IMG/VR virus record: IMGVR_UViG_2690316296_000004
Coordinates: 1-5,804 of that record
DNA length: 5,804 bases
From: a virus
Taxonomy: Duplodnaviria; Heunggongvirae; Uroviricota; Caudoviricetes
Strand: one strand, 5' to 3'
Shown here: piece by piece, positions 4,915 to 5,804 of the stretch
How positions within the stretch are numbered: position 1 is the first letter of the stretch
How the letters are laid out: each line of letters begins with the position of its first letter
Notes under the pieces: model-generated
Database searches by the model: none
What the model was told of the DNA's origin: nothing
The model's input: the letters and a program-made list of their open reading frames with translations, nothing else
Translations under genes and position numbers: made by a program

Positions 4915-5742
4915 ATGTCCCAGTACGACAAAGCCACGCAAACAGCAGGTTTAGTACGCATAACTAATCAATTAGAGTCTATATACGGAACTTTTATTGA
5001 TATGAAAGATATTAATTCCGTAGGAGAGCATAGGAAAGAAACTCTAATTACACGCTGTGTAGCTGCGCATGCAATCAGCTTGTATGGTGATGAACCAGAC
5101 CCTGAGTTAGCTGCTAATGCTGTCTGCGATGGAAAAGATGATGGCGGGATAGATGCAGTTTATGTTAATAAAAATTCGAGAAAGATAGTAATAGTTCAGT
5201 CAAAATATATTAAAAATGGCGACGGTTCTATAACCACAAGAGAATTCGGAAGATTCAAAGACGCATGCGCAAAAGTAATAGCCAGCGACTTTACAACATT
5301 TAACGAAAGGTTTTTAAGAAACAAAGACTCCATAATTGAAGCAATCTCAGGATTTACATATAAATGTATATGTGTATTTATATATACAGGGGTTCATGAG
5401 CCAAGCGAAGAAGTAAAATCAGACATAGAGTTTTGGGAAAAGGTTCAGAATCGGTCTCTATTATTTAAAGATATAGAGAATAGAGATGAGTATTCAGTGC
5501 TATTCGAGCCGGCAGGTATACAAGTGATAATGGATGGTCTTTCTAATGATCGATCAAAATCTATAAATGTTAGCAATGTTCACCTTGAAAGTTATGGAGA
5601 GATAGCAGAACCTTATAAAGCAATATACGGAACAATATCCGCAAGGATCCTATACGACTGGTGGGAAAAGTACAAGTACTCTCTGTTCGAGAAAAATATA
5701 AGAATGATCTTACCCAGCAATAGTGGACACGCGGCTAAGTGA
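4915..5742 (+). CDS. PD-(D/E)xK-type (Mrr-cat/AIPR-N-like) putative nuclease, 275 aa; candidate anti-phage defence or abortive-infection effector in an AT-rich moron
   Basis: Track ORF. SD AGGAG (4902-4906) 8 nt before the ATG. Motif CDGKDDGGIDAVYV...KIVIVQSKYIK (residues 71-100) fits the GxD / (E/Q)xK pattern of the restriction-endonuclease-like fold. Rare codons ATA/AGA are frequent and G+C is markedly lower than in the flanking phage genes. Confidence 0.8.
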   Translation: MSQYDKATQTAGLVRITNQLESIYGTFIDMKDINSVGEHRKETLITRCVAAHAISLYGDEPDPELAANAVCDGKDDGGIDAVYVNKNSRKIVIVQSKYIKNGDGSITTREFGRFKDACAKVIASDFTTFNERFLRNKDSIIEAISGFTYKCICVFIYTGVHEPSEEVKSDIEFWEKVQNRSLLFKDIENRDEYSVLFEPAGIQVIMDGLSNDRSKSINVSNVHLESYGEIAEPYKAIYGTISARILYDWWEKYKYSLFEKNIRMILPSNSGHAAK

Positions 5743-5769
5743 GTAAACTCTCAGTCAGAGGTGACTCAC

Positions 5770-5804
5770 ATGACAAAAACAGTATCAACCAGTAAAAAAC
5801 CCCG
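5770..5804 (+). CDS. Start of a second gene of the accessory operon (MTKTVSTSKKP...), truncated by the window edge
   Basis: ATG at 5770, 27 nt after the stop of the 275-aa gene, with SD AGAGGTGA (5757-5764) 5 nt upstream. Only 11 codons visible. Confidence 0.45.
   Translation, partial: MTKTVSTSKKP

Noticed and set aside
1-5804. Search for CRISPR repeats, tRNA/rRNA genes, and IS/transposon ends
   Set aside because: No regularly spaced repeat-spacer array, no cloverleaf-compatible tRNA-like segment, and no terminal inverted repeats or transposase-like ORF seen. The only tandem repeats are the iterons inside the replication gene.

Overview
This window is the immunity/early region of a Qin-like (dicA/dicC-type) lambdoid prophage from an Escherichia/Shigella-type genome. 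Names come from my recall of the E. coli K-12 Qin proteins and DicF RNA, not from a database search. Minus strand, right to left: repressor gene dicA, a promoter with an embedded palindromic operator (PdicB), then the dicB operon ydfA-ydfB-ydfC, a 341-nt untranslated spacer, DicF sRNA with its intrinsic terminator, dicB, ydfD, and the start of a further gene that runs off the left edge. Plus strand, divergent from dicA: dicC (Cro-like), a CII-like/YdaT-family gene, a replication-initiator gene carrying an internal iteron array (probable ori), and a 151-aa unknown gene. After a 291-bp gap comes a visibly AT-rich, probably horizontally acquired operon: a 275-aa protein with a PD-(D/E)xK (Mrr-like) nuclease motif, then a second gene cut by the window edge. 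That operon is the best candidate here for an uncharacterised accessory (anti-phage-defence-like) system. I found no tRNA, rRNA, CRISPR array or IS element.
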